A stretch of 64,000 nucleotides of DNA from a bacterium (GTDB lineage: Bacteria; AUK180). The stretch spans positions 5,054 to 69,053 of the forward strand of contig JAGLWT010000133.1 in the NCBI GenBank assembly GCA_023133295.1, read 5' to 3'. Below, in pieces: positions 52,200 through 62,778 of the stretch. The translations under genes were made by a program, and so were the position numbers. Below the pieces are notes generated by a model. The model was not told where the DNA came from. It worked only from the letters and a program-made list of their open reading frames with translations, and ran no database searches. The stretch's first letter is position 1; each line of letters starts with the position of its first letter.

Positions 52200-52593
52200 C
52201 TTTCCCCGCTATAATAAGATTTTTCACAAGCTCCTCAAATCCATCATCATTCAGCGATGCCGCAAGTATTTTTATGACCATAGGGACATTTACTCCAGAG
52301 ACACAGGCACCTTTAATACCCTGCATAAGAAGTGTCCGAGCTGTATTATCGGGCGTTCCGCCGGCGATATCCGTAAGAAAAAGACAGGTGTTGCCTTCTG
52401 CAATATCTTTTACAGATCGCAGATAATCTTTCGGATTCATACTCGGACTAAGCTGTACCGCTTTCATTCGAACAGGCGGGTCTCCGGCAAGATAAAGAAA
52501 GAACTCCTTGAGTTTTTCACAAAGCTCACCGTGAGTTAAGATCAACACAAGCATGTCTTTATTCATTATCAGCAATAAAATAAAAAGAATCAA
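52168..52593 (-). CDS. PTS mannose-family IIA component (probable start MNKDM at ~52566)
   Basis: VLILTHGELCEKL carries the active-site His of EIIA-Man, and GGTPDN lies downstream. Confidence 0.65.
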   Translation of the reverse strand: MILFILLLIMNKDMLVLILTHGELCEKLKEFFLYLAGDPPVRMKAVQLSPSMNPKDYLRSVKDIAEGNTCLFLTDIAGGTPDNTARTLLMQGIKGACVSGVNVPMVIKILAASLNDDGFEELVKNLIIAGKDGIKEFYSAN

Positions 52594-53572
52594 TATAACT
52601 GAGATCCTTTTTCCCCTGTTTTTTCTTCATCGACAATTTTTCATTGATGGTATTAATGGGATTCTCCCCCATAATGTTCGCAACATGAGATAGGCCTATC
52701 AGCTCTATTATATTCGCCAAATTCTTTGATGAGGTAACAGGGATCGTGTATTTCGGTATCTTTATTCCGAGAAGTCTCTCAAATTGTATATCCATTCTCA
52801 ATCTGTCGAATTTCTGATAATCTATATCTTCTCCCTTAACGAATTCCACAATTATTTCTACCCTCTTCTTATGTCGTATAGATTGAACGCCAAAGAGGGT
52901 TTTAACATCTATCAATCCTACTCCACGAGCTTCAACATGATAGGAAAACGGACTGTTCATCCCATAACCGATCAAGAATTCATATTGTTTGTGGATCACA
53001 ACAAGGTCATCGGAGACAAGACGATGGGAATCTGCTAAAAGCTCCAGAGCAACTTCACTTTTTCCGATGCCGCTTTCACCCTTGATAAGGATCCCAACAC
53101 CGTAAATATCCATTAAAACACCATGGACATGCGCCTTTGCAGCAAAAACGAAGTTGAGATACCTTTCAACCTTCTGAATGGTCTCCCTGCGGGAAGCAGC
53201 AGAATAGAGTAAGGTTATATGGTATTTTTTAAAGAGGTCGATCTCTCTTTTCGGGAGCCTTTTGCCGCAGATGATAATTGTGGGAATACGCAGGTCCTGC
53301 ACCGATGCCAAGAACTTATCCTTTTCGGGAAATGACAAATTGGAATAGTAGGATCTCCTATCATTTTCAATAATATACATCTGGCCTTTCTGCACATTCT
53401 TAAAATATTTCAGAAAGAGCAGGCCCAATTGGCCGAATTCTGAAACCCGGATCTTTCTACTCAACCCGTGCGGAGTTTTTGTAAGATCTTCTAAAAGAAG
53501 AAAGCCCTGAAGGTCCTTCAAGAAGGTTTTTACTGTTATTCCTTCATTTGTTCTTTTTGATGTAGAGGCCAT
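52559..53572 (-). CDS. hprK: HPr kinase/phosphorylase
   Basis: 337 aa. HGVLMDIYGVGILIKGESGIGKSEVALELLADSHRLVSDDLVVI (P-loop and signature) is a textbook HprK. Confidence 0.85.
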   Translation of the reverse strand: MASTSKRTNEGITVKTFLKDLQGFLLLEDLTKTPHGLSRKIRVSEFGQLGLLFLKYFKNVQKGQMYIIENDRRSYYSNLSFPEKDKFLASVQDLRIPTIIICGKRLPKREIDLFKKYHITLLYSAASRRETIQKVERYLNFVFAAKAHVHGVLMDIYGVGILIKGESGIGKSEVALELLADSHRLVSDDLVVIHKQYEFLIGYGMNSPFSYHVEARGVGLIDVKTLFGVQSIRHKKRVEIIVEFVKGEDIDYQKFDRLRMDIQFERLLGIKIPKYTIPVTSSKNLANIIELIGLSHVANIMGENPINTINEKLSMKKKQGKKDLSYIDSFYFIADNE

Positions 53573-54059
53573 AATTCCCGTCTTTTCTCTTGAATATCAC
53601 ATTAACCTCTCCCCTGTCTTCATTAAGGAAAGGATAGAAGTCAAGATCCTCTTCTTCAAGGATCAGGATCGCTTCATCAGCGGTGAGGGGCTTAATGTTG
53701 ATGTGAAAAAGAAAGATCTCCTTTGCGTCTTTGTCATTTTCCTCTATGATCTGGTCTTTTACACTGGAAAAACCCTTTTTCCCTTTTACGATATTTTTGT
53801 GTTTCACGATCTTTCTCTCGAGTTTATCGATCAAGAGGTCGATCACTTCAAGCGGTTGGTCTCCCCGTTCTTTCAAATGGAAGGTTTTTTTTCCTGAAAA
53901 CAAAGTAAGCTCAATGGAGTACCCGTTCCCCTCATGAGTAATGTTTGCCTGAGAAGAAGAGGGGGGATCGATCACTTTATCGATCTTGTCCATCTTTTTT
54001 TCAAGATAGTTCTTGATGTGATTTGTTACATGAAAATTTCCAACGATCTTTAGTTCCAT
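53544..54059 (-). CDS. hpf: Ribosome hibernation promoting factor (long-form HPF/RaiA)
   Basis: 171 aa. N-terminal MELKIVGNFHVTNHIKNYLEKKMDKI is sigma-54 modulation-protein-like. The C-terminal extension is typical of long HPF. Confidence 0.75.
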   Translation of the reverse strand: MELKIVGNFHVTNHIKNYLEKKMDKIDKVIDPPSSSQANITHEGNGYSIELTLFSGKKTFHLKERGDQPLEVIDLLIDKLERKIVKHKNIVKGKKGFSSVKDQIIEENDKDAKEIFLFHINIKPLTADEAILILEEEDLDFYPFLNEDRGEVNVIFKRKDGNYGLYIKKNK

Positions 54060-54068
54060 ACGAACCTC

Positions 54069-55493
54069 CTATGACATCCTTTTTCTAATAGAGGCGGTTG
54101 GGATGTTCAAAACGCCCCTATACTTGGCAACAGTTCTTCTTGCTACAGCAATATTATATTTTTTTGTTATCAAATCGGATATTACCTGATCGCTCAAGGG
54201 CTTCTCGGCAGGCTCAGCATCGATCAATTCCTTGATATATTCTTTCACCACCTTTGATGAAACGCTTTCTGAATCATCGTAAGTATCGAGCTTTGAAGAG
54301 AAGAAATATTTGAGCTGAAAGATCCCGTCGGAAGTCTGAATGTATTTATTTCTGGTTATTCTGCTTATTGTGGATTCATGCATTTCTACTTTCTCCGCAA
54401 TCTCTTTCAATGTGAGGGGTTTCAGCCCCAGGATCCCTTGAATCAGAAATGCTTTCTGAACTTGAAAGATCGATTTTGTTATCAAATATATGCTTCTTCT
54501 GCGCTGATAAATACCCTTGATAAGGAACATCGCATTCTCGTATTTTGACTTCATCCTTCTGATCTCTTTGTCAGTAAATAGTTTTTCATTATTAACTTCT
54601 TCGTAATAACCGGTGTTTAATTTGTACTTAGAGATCCCCATGTCATTTAAAACGATGATCACTTCCTGTTTCTCATTTAAGAATACGATCGCGTCGGGAA
54701 CGATCGAGGTATTCCCTGATTCCTTGTACTGACGGCCCGGGTATAACTCCAGGGTCTTGATAAATTCTACCGCTTCCTTTATTTCCTCAAAGGAAATATC
54801 CTCTTCCTTTGCGATCTCCTCATATCTCAATTTCAGGAAATCACTCCAGTACTTCTCGATTATTCGGCATGCCAAAGACGACGGTCCCATCTGCTGCTGG
54901 ATCTGGACCTGAAGCACTTCCTGTATGGAGTAAGCCCCGACACCGATCGGGTCAAGCAGCATGAATCTTCTTCTGATCGCTTCTATCCGTTTCAGATCTA
55001 TATGAGTAAATTCTTTTTTGATAGTCAGCTCTATATCGAAGGAGGATAATTGAAGGAATCCGTCTTCGTCCAGATTGCCGGCCATATATGTTGCAAGCCA
55101 TCGTTCATCACTCTCTTCAAAAAGGATTTGTATCTGTTTCACTAAATGCTCTTCAAGAGTTTCAGGATAGGTCAAGGTATTTTCTATTACATTATCCTCA
55201 TTACGTTCCGGCCTGCTCATCTCATCACCGAACATATTATCAACATAATAGTCAATATCTACATCGGGAGCATCCTTATCCTTGCGTTCATCGGTCTCTT
55301 CTTTGTTCTGATACTGCTCTTCCGATTTGAGAAAAGGATTCGTGCTCCACTCTTCTTCTAACTTTTCCTTCAATTCCAATGTAGACAGCTCCATGAGCTT
55401 CATGGTCTGTATAAGAGCGGGTGTAAGCCTCAATTCCTGCCTTAACTTATTCTTTAATTGGAGATTCAGGCTTAAATTCTTATCTGCACTCAT
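54069..55493 (-). CDS. rpoN: RNA polymerase sigma-54 factor
   Basis: 474 aa. Gln/Leu-rich N-terminus (LRQELRLTPALIQTMKLMELSTLEL), HTH, and the C-terminal RpoN box ARRTVAKYR. Confidence 0.9.
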   Translation of the reverse strand: MSADKNLSLNLQLKNKLRQELRLTPALIQTMKLMELSTLELKEKLEEEWSTNPFLKSEEQYQNKEETDERKDKDAPDVDIDYYVDNMFGDEMSRPERNEDNVIENTLTYPETLEEHLVKQIQILFEESDERWLATYMAGNLDEDGFLQLSSFDIELTIKKEFTHIDLKRIEAIRRRFMLLDPIGVGAYSIQEVLQVQIQQQMGPSSLACRIIEKYWSDFLKLRYEEIAKEEDISFEEIKEAVEFIKTLELYPGRQYKESGNTSIVPDAIVFLNEKQEVIIVLNDMGISKYKLNTGYYEEVNNEKLFTDKEIRRMKSKYENAMFLIKGIYQRRRSIYLITKSIFQVQKAFLIQGILGLKPLTLKEIAEKVEMHESTISRITRNKYIQTSDGIFQLKYFFSSKLDTYDDSESVSSKVVKEYIKELIDAEPAEKPLSDQVISDLITKKYNIAVARRTVAKYRGVLNIPTASIRKRMS

Positions 55494-56242
55494 ATATCAA
55501 ACGCACTGCCCAGATAGGTGCTTTTAACCGCTTCATTGTTTATCAGCTCATCGCAAGTTCCCCGGGTAAGTATCGCCCCATCGAACATTATATACGAATA
55601 TTCTGTAATTTTCAATGTTTCCCTGACATTGTGGTCTGTTATGAGTATTCCAATATTTCTATCTTTAAGCTGTACTATTATCTCTTGCAAGTCCTCTATG
55701 GACTTCGGATCTACACCCGTAAAAGGTTCATCCAAAAGGATGAAGGCCGGATCTGAAGCGAGAGCACGGGCGATCTCAACCCTCCGGGTTTCGCCTCCGG
55801 AAAGCTGATACCCTTGATTATTGCGAACCTTGGTCAGGCCGAATTCCTCAAGTAGTCGGTCCGTCTCTTCGTTCATTTTCACCTTAGATGCCAACTTATA
55901 TTGAAGTATGGAGAGAATATTTTCGGAAACAGTAAGGTTTCGGAAAATGGATTTTTCTTGGGGAAGGTATGTTATTCCAAGGCGACCCCGTACATGCATA
56001 GGAAGATTTGAAATATCGCGGTCATCAATAAATATCTTACCTGAACGAGGGCGGATCATGCCGACTATCATATAAAAACTAGTGGTCTTGCCTGCACCGT
56101 TCGGGCCTAAGAGTCCTACTATACTCCCCCTTTTGACCTCGATCGATACGTCTTTGACAACTTCTCTCTTCTTATAGACCTTCTTCAGATGCTCTGCTTT
56201 CAGTATCAAAGAATCTCTATCTGAATAACTCACTGTTATCAA
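55490..56242 (-). CDS. lptB: LPS export ABC transporter ATP-binding protein LptB
   Basis: 250 aa. Walker A GPNGAGKTT, LSGGETRRVEIARAL, and DEPFTGVDP. Sits in the conserved position upstream of rpoN. Confidence 0.85.
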   Translation of the reverse strand: MITVSYSDRDSLILKAEHLKKVYKKREVVKDVSIEVKRGSIVGLLGPNGAGKTTSFYMIVGMIRPRSGKIFIDDRDISNLPMHVRGRLGITYLPQEKSIFRNLTVSENILSILQYKLASKVKMNEETDRLLEEFGLTKVRNNQGYQLSGGETRRVEIARALASDPAFILLDEPFTGVDPKSIEDLQEIIVQLKDRNIGILITDHNVRETLKITEYSYIMFDGAILTRGTCDELINNEAVKSTYLGSAFDI

Positions 56243-56741
56243 CCTCCAAAGACATCTTGTCTATCCTCTCTATATAAATTTTAATGAAATTATTTTCGCT
56301 TGTCAAATAATGCCCCTCAATTGTCCTTCCCTCCTCGATAATAATGAACTTAAAGTCCCCGGGTACAAGTATCTTATCCCCGGGAATATCGTAATGCAGC
56401 CGGGAGCACATGAGAAGATGATCCCCATCCTCATACTTCACATTACCCGATAGGATCATCGACACATCCATGGTGAGGGTTCCCGAATCTCCGGTAACAC
56501 GACTCCGGCCGGAAGCCAGCCGGAATTCCACATCACAATGCTTACCCGAGATATCATTACCTTCTATCAGTATATCCTTGCCTTTGAAATGCCAAAGATA
56601 TTCACCCGAACTGCTGGAGTGCAAGGATAATGTTTTGATCGAGTAATCCCCCTGAAAGTCCCGAAACACCGACTTTCCGCCCTTGGCGCAACCGGGTAGG
56701 ATGATCAATAACAGAAGAAATATTAAGTTAAACCTACTCAT
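56217..56741 (-). CDS. OstA-like LPS transport periplasmic protein (LptA/LptC family)
   Basis: 174 aa with a signal/anchor sequence and beta-jellyroll-type sequence. Assigned from its position between kdsC and lptB. Confidence 0.5.
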   Translation of the reverse strand: MSRFNLIFLLLLIILPGCAKGGKSVFRDFQGDYSIKTLSLHSSSSGEYLWHFKGKDILIEGNDISGKHCDVEFRLASGRSRVTGDSGTLTMDVSMILSGNVKYEDGDHLLMCSRLHYDIPGDKILVPGDFKFIIIEEGRTIEGHYLTSENNFIKIYIERIDKMSLEVDNSELFR

Positions 56742-57204
56742 CCAGAATAATATCTATCAGCTCTCTTACCGCCCCAGCGCCACCGGGCTTAGACATGACC
56801 ATATGGGCATTTTCCTTGACCTTGTAATGAGCATCCCTGGGGACAGTAAAATAGCCCACATAGGGCAGGACGGAAAGGTCGGGAATATCATCCCCGATAA
56901 ATACAGAATTCTCCTTGGAAATATTCAACTCTGCCAATATTTTCTGAACCGCGACGCTCTTATCTTCACCGTCAACAAAGCTCACGGGACATCCTAATTC
57001 CTTTGCGCGCTTTTGCGTAGCAGGATCTTTTCGACCGGTAATCCAGTAGATATGAATTCCCGCCTGAATGGCTTTGATGATACCGTATCCATCCTTTGTA
57101 TTAAAACTTTTGGAATAACTTCCGTCATTTGAAATAAGGAGATTGCCGTCGGTCAATACACCGTCAACATCGCAAAAAATTATCTCGATGGTCTTTGGGA
57201 TCAT
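56734..57204 (-). CDS. kdsC: 3-deoxy-D-manno-octulosonate 8-phosphate phosphatase (HAD family)
   Basis: 156 aa. [13 protein letters not shown] (HAD motif I), ITGR, and FIGDDIPDL (motif III). Confidence 0.8.
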   Translation of the reverse strand: MIPKTIEIIFCDVDGVLTDGNLLISNDGSYSKSFNTKDGYGIIKAIQAGIHIYWITGRKDPATQKRAKELGCPVSFVDGEDKSVAVQKILAELNISKENSVFIGDDIPDLSVLPYVGYFTVPRDAHYKVKENAHMVMSKPGGAGAVRELIDIILDE

Positions 57205-58307
57205 ACAATGGTTGCCTCGGTGTCGATGTCAAAGAAATGTATCGATTCCATATCGACGACTACATCGATCTTGTCTCCTATTTTGACCCTGAGCTTGGGA
57301 GAAAATCTTCCGGTAAAGGTCGTATTCTCAACCTTGAAATATATATATATTTCGGATCCCATCGGTTCGATGACATCGGCGGTCGATTTCAATGTAGTGA
57401 AGGGTTTTGCATCAGATACAAAGATCTTGTCCTCAACATGTTCGGGCCGGAACCCCAGAACAACATTCTTATCGACATACTTTTCCATTATCTTCTGATG
57501 TTCCTTGAAAACGACTAATTTCACCGATTTGCCGTAAACAAAATAAAGATTACTCCCCTCGGAAACGATCTTTCCTTCTAAGAAGTTCATCGAAGGAGAA
57601 CCTATGAAACCCGCGACGAACTTATTCACGGGATGATTATACATGCGTATCGGTGAATCCACCTGCACAATATCGCCATCCTTCATAATTACGATACGAT
57701 CACCCATCGTCATGGCTTCCATCTGGTCATGTGTAACATATATCATCGTTGTTTTGAGCCGATTATGGAGTTTCTGAAGCTCAGCCCGCATCTGTACACG
57801 GAGTTTTGCGTCAAGATTGGAAAGGGGTTCGTCAAAAAGGAACACCGTGGGCTTTCTGACAATGGCGCGGCCTACTGCCACACGCTGACGCTGGCCTCCG
57901 GAAAGCATACTTGGCTTCCTATCCAAAAGATCTGTAATCCCCAGTATCTCGGAAGCATCCGTTACACGTTCTTCAATCGCCTTCTTCGGGTATTTTCGAA
58001 GTTTCAAACCGAATGACATATTATCATATACTGTCATATGAGGGTACAATGCGTAGTTCTGAAATACCATGGCAATATCGCGGTCTTTTGGAGAAACATG
58101 ATTTATGACCTTGTCTCCGATGAAGATCTTGCCTTCTGTGATATCTTCAAGCCCCGCGATCATCCTGAGAGTGGTGGTCTTTCCGCAGCCGGACGGGCCA
58201 ACTATAACGGTAAATTCCTTGTCCGGAATAGTAAGATTTACCTTCTTAACTGCAACAAAGCCATTATCGTATTGTTTAACAACATCTTTTAAGATAACTT
58301 CAGCCAT
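57201..58307 (-). CDS. ABC transporter ATP-binding protein, MalK/UgpC-type (sugar or glycerol-phosphate importer ATPase)
   Basis: 368 aa. [48 protein letters not shown], and a C-terminal TOBE-like regulatory domain. Confidence 0.75.
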   Translation of the reverse strand: MAEVILKDVVKQYDNGFVAVKKVNLTIPDKEFTVIVGPSGCGKTTTLRMIAGLEDITEGKIFIGDKVINHVSPKDRDIAMVFQNYALYPHMTVYDNMSFGLKLRKYPKKAIEERVTDASEILGITDLLDRKPSMLSGGQRQRVAVGRAIVRKPTVFLFDEPLSNLDAKLRVQMRAELQKLHNRLKTTMIYVTHDQMEAMTMGDRIVIMKDGDIVQVDSPIRMYNHPVNKFVAGFIGSPSMNFLEGKIVSEGSNLYFVYGKSVKLVVFKEHQKIMEKYVDKNVVLGFRPEHVEDKIFVSDAKPFTTLKSTADVIEPMGSEIYIYFKVENTTFTGRFSPKLRVKIGDKIDVVVDMESIHFFDIDTEATIV

Positions 58308-59569
58308 ATTTTCTCCTTCAAAAAATCGCCTAACAGGTATAAAGAACCTGTGACCATCAGCATATCACCCTTTTTAAGATGAATACTTTGCATTATTGCT
58401 TCAGGTCTTCGTATTATTGTATATTTTTTTGCATATTTTTCCAAATATTTGATGTATGAATCTACACTTCTCGCGCGCACAGAATCAAATCCTGTGACGA
58501 CAACATGATCAAAGAGCGGAAATAATATTTGAGATACATGGTAAAGGGGTTTTTTCTTGACCATGCCGAAGAGAAGAACCCTCTCCCCTTTTACCGAATT
58601 CAGTTTTTTCCTCAATGTTTCTTTAAGCCCCAAGGCGCCGCTTTTATTGTGGCAGCCGTCGATCACTACATATGGAACGCGGGAAAGGACGGAAAGCCGA
58701 CCAAGCCAATTCACCTTTGATAATCCTTTTCTTAAAATATTCTCATCGGGAGTACCGAAAAGTAATGCGTCAGCCCGCAATGCCAAATGCAGATTGGCCA
58801 ATTGATGGCTGCCTCCCAATGAGAACGCCAGGCGTGAATACCTTTGGCCCTTCAAAGTTATTGACACCACTGATCCGCCAAGCTCCATGGTATCGGGCTC
58901 TATCTGTATTTTATCTTCTATCGGGCAAATACCATGCCTCTTCTTTCCTTCCTCCATTATCACTTTCCTGATCCTCGGTGAAGGTTCTTCTGTCAGAAAA
59001 GGCCGGCCGCTCTTAATAATCGCGGCCTTCTCTTTAGCGATCAGCGTTTTACTCTTTCCCAGAAGGCGGCGGTGATCATAATCGATCATCGTGATCAGAG
59101 ACAATTCCGGTATCACAATATTAGTAGCGTCCAACCGACCGCCGAGCCCGACCTCCAGAATGGCCCAATCAACCTTCTGATCCCGGAAATATAAGAAGGC
59201 GGCCATTGCGGATATCTCAAAGAAAGACGGATCTATCCCTGCCTTTTTTGAGCGGCGAACAATTGTTCTTAAATAACGCTTAAGGGGTTTGTCAGCGATC
59301 TCTGCTTTATTTATACGAAAGCGCTCATTATAATTCACAAGGTGAGGTGATGTGAACAATCCTGTTTTCAATCCCCTGGCGCACATCAGCGACTCCAATA
59401 TGGCGCAGGTCGAACCTTTGCCGTTGGTTCCTGTAACATGTACGATCTTTAATTCTTTTTCAGGATTATCAAAAAGATCTGCAAGGGCGGTAATATTGTT
59501 AAGGTCGTATTTGATTTCATTTTGTTTTTTTTTGTAGATCGATTCCAAAAAGGCGGAATCAATTGCCAT
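58289..59569 (-). CDS. folC: Bifunctional folylpolyglutamate synthase / dihydrofolate synthase
   Basis: 426 aa. Mur-ligase P-loop [12 protein letters not shown] and the FolC-like architecture. Confidence 0.75.
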   Translation of the reverse strand: MAIDSAFLESIYKKKQNEIKYDLNNITALADLFDNPEKELKIVHVTGTNGKGSTCAILESLMCARGLKTGLFTSPHLVNYNERFRINKAEIADKPLKRYLRTIVRRSKKAGIDPSFFEISAMAAFLYFRDQKVDWAILEVGLGGRLDATNIVIPELSLITMIDYDHRRLLGKSKTLIAKEKAAIIKSGRPFLTEEPSPRIRKVIMEEGKKRHGICPIEDKIQIEPDTMELGGSVVSITLKGQRYSRLAFSLGGSHQLANLHLALRADALLFGTPDENILRKGLSKVNWLGRLSVLSRVPYVVIDGCHNKSGALGLKETLRKKLNSVKGERVLLFGMVKKKPLYHVSQILFPLFDHVVVTGFDSVRARSVDSYIKYLEKYAKKYTIIRRPEAIMQSIHLKKGDMLMVTGSLYLLGDFLKEKIWLKLS

Positions 59570-60404
59570 CTACATATCCGAGTATCTTAAATAGGGTATC
59601 TTTGAAATCCTTTCTTTTGACGATCGCATCAACCATCCCGTGTTCCATTAAGAATTCAGATTTTTGAAAGCCCTCAGGGAGTTCCTGTTTTATCGTCTGC
59701 TGTATCACTCGCGCACCCGCAAAGCCTACCAGGGCATTGGGTTCAGCGATATTAATATCACCGAGCATTGCAAATGATGCCGTCACGCCGCCGGTCGTTG
59801 GGTCAAGGAGAACACTGATATAAGGCAGACCCTCTTTTTCCAATTGAGCGAGCATCGCCGAGGTCTTCGCCATCTGCATCAGGGAGTAGATCGATTCCTG
59901 CATTCGGGCACCGCCGGAAGATGAAACTATGATAAGGGGCAATTTATTTTCTATGGCATGTTCAATAAGGCGGGCTATCTTCTCGCCTTCTGCGGAGCCG
60001 AGCGACCCCCCCATGAACTCAAAATTGAGAAATCCGATAGCGACAGATATACCGTTGATCAGTGCGGAACCACAGATAAAAGCCGATTTCTGAGATGTCT
60101 TGCTGATGGCTTTCTGAATGCGTTTTTTATAGGGCAAAGAATCTTTGAAATCCAGGGGGTCAAGGCACGATATGTCAGGAAATATCTCCGAAAAGGAATT
60201 CTCGTCAGTGAAGAATCTTAACTTCTCAGCAAAATTCAACCGGAAGTGATAGCCGCAACTGGTGCAAACATAATCCACTTCGATAAGATTCTTCTTCCAG
60301 ATTATCTCACCGCATTGGGGACACTTACTCCATACTTCTTTCTTAATATCTACCGGACTGTTCTTGGCTTTGTTCGGCTTATTTTTTCTTGAAAACCACC
60401 CCAT
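59559..60404 (-). CDS. accD: Acetyl-CoA carboxylase carboxyltransferase subunit beta
   Basis: 281 aa. N-terminal Zn-ribbon CPQCGEIIWKK ... CTSCGYHFRL, and the carboxyltransferase domain (GGSLGSAEGEKI, SGGARMQES). Confidence 0.85.
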   Translation of the reverse strand: MGWFSRKNKPNKAKNSPVDIKKEVWSKCPQCGEIIWKKNLIEVDYVCTSCGYHFRLNFAEKLRFFTDENSFSEIFPDISCLDPLDFKDSLPYKKRIQKAISKTSQKSAFICGSALINGISVAIGFLNFEFMGGSLGSAEGEKIARLIEHAIENKLPLIIVSSSGGARMQESIYSLMQMAKTSAMLAQLEKEGLPYISVLLDPTTGGVTASFAMLGDINIAEPNALVGFAGARVIQQTIKQELPEGFQKSEFLMEHGMVDAIVKRKDFKDTLFKILGYVDGN

Positions 60405-60415
60405 GGTCCACCTCT

Positions 60416-61180
60416 TTAAATCTCAATTATCTCATCTTCATACAGCAGCTGCAGAGCAAGGTCAACATCTTTGGGAAAAAGATCCTGAACGATGTCATCA
60501 ATGAACATCGGTTTGATGTGATATATATAGATATCCGTCTCCTGATGCTTGAGTTTCTTGAGTTCCTCACGCAATAACGAGGGACAAAGATGTTTGGATA
60601 CCTTAGCGATATTCAGCAAGCGGTCAGGGAACGATACCTCGATTATCATTGCGTCAAGATAATCAAGTTTATTTACATAGTCCCACATTTCCGGCGCTTC
60701 TATCATATCGCCTGTATAGAGGAAATTCTTCCCATCCTGCTTGATATGAAATCCGGAAGACGGCACGATATGATTCGTTGGCAGCGGAGTGATCTCAACT
60801 CCACCAACATCCATTGTCTCATAATATTCGATAGTGGCAAAATCGATCCGCGGTGTTCCTGAATCGGGCAATTTCGTAAAGTCAACCCATACATCTGAAT
60901 TGAAAAGATGATCTCTAATGGCCTTGATGACAGGTGGGATCGCATGTAAGTGAATGGTCTTGTCTGTCAATGAAAAAATATTGTCGATGAAGAACGCTAT
61001 TCCGGTTATGTGGTCAAGGTGCGCATGCGTGATAAATATGTGATCTATATTCAGCTGCTCTTCGAGATCCATTCTGTTCAAGGACCCCGCATCAAGAGCG
61101 ATATTATCGTTCAATATGAAAGTTGTCAGATGATATCCGCTAAGCGCAGCGCCGTATGCACCCACTACCTTTATTTTCAT
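60416..61180 (-). CDS. Metallo-beta-lactamase-fold hydrolase
   Basis: 254 aa. HIFITHAHLDHITG (the HxHxDH motif) and later His/Asp ligands. Possibly a class II cyclic-nucleotide phosphodiesterase or RNase Z-like. Confidence 0.6.
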   Translation of the reverse strand: MKIKVVGAYGAALSGYHLTTFILNDNIALDAGSLNRMDLEEQLNIDHIFITHAHLDHITGIAFFIDNIFSLTDKTIHLHAIPPVIKAIRDHLFNSDVWVDFTKLPDSGTPRIDFATIEYYETMDVGGVEITPLPTNHIVPSSGFHIKQDGKNFLYTGDMIEAPEMWDYVNKLDYLDAMIIEVSFPDRLLNIAKVSKHLCPSLLREELKKLKHQETDIYIYHIKPMFIDDIVQDLFPKDVDLALQLLYEDEIIEI

Positions 61181-61306
61181 AGTTTGATTTTACTATAAAG
61201 AAGAACAAAAATCAAGGTGAATCCGTGCGATGCCTGATGTGGGAAGATCGCGAACGGATAGCGGTCTAAGGGTGTAGAGGGAATTATATCAGATGCTGGA
61301 ATTAAT

Positions 61307-62422
61307 ATGCCTCTGTGGTATAATGCGATACATGGAAATCAATGGAAGGAAAGTGATATGAAAAAGGGAATTTTAAGAGGCATTTTGATTGTTGCCGGAA
61401 CTGCGTTTACTTGTTCGAAACAAAAGAAGGCAGCATCCAATAAATTCGGATTCTACAAGGTAGATGGTAAAAAATCTTTGACCATAGCAAGTGGAAAAAG
61501 ACTTGAGGATCCAAATGATCGCCTGACGGATAATGAAATTGAAGCAGTAATTATCGAAAGAACAAGAATGATTGAGGAAAAACACAGCACCAAAATATAC
61601 ATCGATTGGAGGGAGAGACATACTGAATTTTTAGTCAAGGAGGGAGATAGAATAATCCCTTTTCTTGAACCACTATTGAGTAGTTCAAACCAGTACCATA
61701 AAGCTTATGCAATGGATTTACTGCTAAGAATCAACTCAGATGAGAGTATGACAGCAGCGTATGATAAAATAAATGGTTTTTATAACAATGAACACCATTG
61801 GTTACTTGATTATATTATTCGGATATTTTTAGAGAACGACGAAAAAGATTTGTATATTAGTAGTATCTGTGAGAAAATAGTCACCCGCAATGATTCTAAA
61901 TTATCCGTATTGGCAACCAGGTATCTATGGAAAAATCATGGAGCTAAGTATATGGATAGATTTTTGAGGTTTTCTACAATGGATACTACGGATGAAATAT
62001 TTATTGCATTTCTAAATGAGCTGCTTCATATAGTGGACATAGATGGAACGGATAAATATGATGGATTTATTGACTTCCGAATTAAATTCAGAGAACGCGC
62101 GATTAAACTTTCTGAGGAGGAGTCTCCTAGTTGGGAAGCTATTTATCCTATAATGTTATATTTATCTACGGTGGAAGAAAAATGGTTTGCAAGTAATTGG
62201 GTAAAATTATATAAGAACTCGGCATCTGACCGTAGCGGCAATGACAAAAAGGTTGCAGTCAGAAGGGGAGTTGTCAGAAATGATATGGCTTACAGCAGGA
62301 TTGAAGAATTGAAAACGCTCGTTTCAAATGAACAGTACGAGAATATTATATATTTCCTTGATAAGGAAAGGAAAATATTGCTTCAATCAAGGAAAACTGG
62401 GGACGATAGTTCACAAAATTAA
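61307..62422 (+). CDS. Hypothetical lipoprotein with HEAT/ARM-like helical repeats (probable start MKKGILRG at ~61358)
   Basis: Signal peptide with lipobox (AGTAFTCSK). The remainder is alpha-helical repeat-like with no catalytic motif. Confidence 0.4.
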   Translation: MPLWYNAIHGNQWKESDMKKGILRGILIVAGTAFTCSKQKKAASNKFGFYKVDGKKSLTIASGKRLEDPNDRLTDNEIEAVIIERTRMIEEKHSTKIYIDWRERHTEFLVKEGDRIIPFLEPLLSSSNQYHKAYAMDLLLRINSDESMTAAYDKINGFYNNEHHWLLDYIIRIFLENDEKDLYISSICEKIVTRNDSKLSVLATRYLWKNHGAKYMDRFLRFSTMDTTDEIFIAFLNELLHIVDIDGTDKYDGFIDFRIKFRERAIKLSEEESPSWEAIYPIMLYLSTVEEKWFASNWVKLYKNSASDRSGNDKKVAVRRGVVRNDMAYSRIEELKTLVSNEQYENIIYFLDKERKILLQSRKTGDDSSQN

Positions 62423-62439
62423 TATTCCACTATGCTGTT

Positions 62440-62473
62440 AGTACTTTCGTATTTAGCTAAATACGAAAGTACT
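62440..62473. promoter_or_regulatory. Perfect 34-bp palindrome AGTACTTTCGTATTTAGCTAAATACGAAAGTACT; candidate bidirectional terminator hairpin and/or ArsR-type operator
   Basis: Seen directly between the convergent lipoprotein and arsR-like genes. A near-identical copy lies at 62821-62848. Confidence 0.6.
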
Positions 62474-62478
62474 ATAAG

Positions 62479-62778
62479 TCAATCTCTTTCTATGCATTTC
62501 AAACTGTCCTCTATTATTTTACCAAGACATTTCTTTTTGATCTTGTAGAAAATATTGTTATCTTCCGTTCTGAAAGTCAGAAGATCAAGTTCATGCAGGA
62601 ATCTCAAATGTCGTGATACCGTAGGCATGCTCCTGCCCGCTAATTCAGTAAGAGATGTCACATTCGCTTCACCATGAAATAAATGACGGATAATTTTATA
62701 CCTCGTAACATTTCCCATCATCTTGAAAAGCTGAATAACTCTTTTTTCCTGATCACTAATCATATCCCCTCCCCGCAT
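62479..62778 (-). CDS. ArsR/SmtB-family transcriptional regulator
   Basis: 99 aa winged-HTH protein: ...FKMMGNVTRYKIIRHLFHGEANVTSLTELAGRSMPTVSRHLRFLHELDLL... Confidence 0.7.
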   Translation of the reverse strand: MRGGDMISDQEKRVIQLFKMMGNVTRYKIIRHLFHGEANVTSLTELAGRSMPTVSRHLRFLHELDLLTFRTEDNNIFYKIKKKCLGKIIEDSLKCIERD

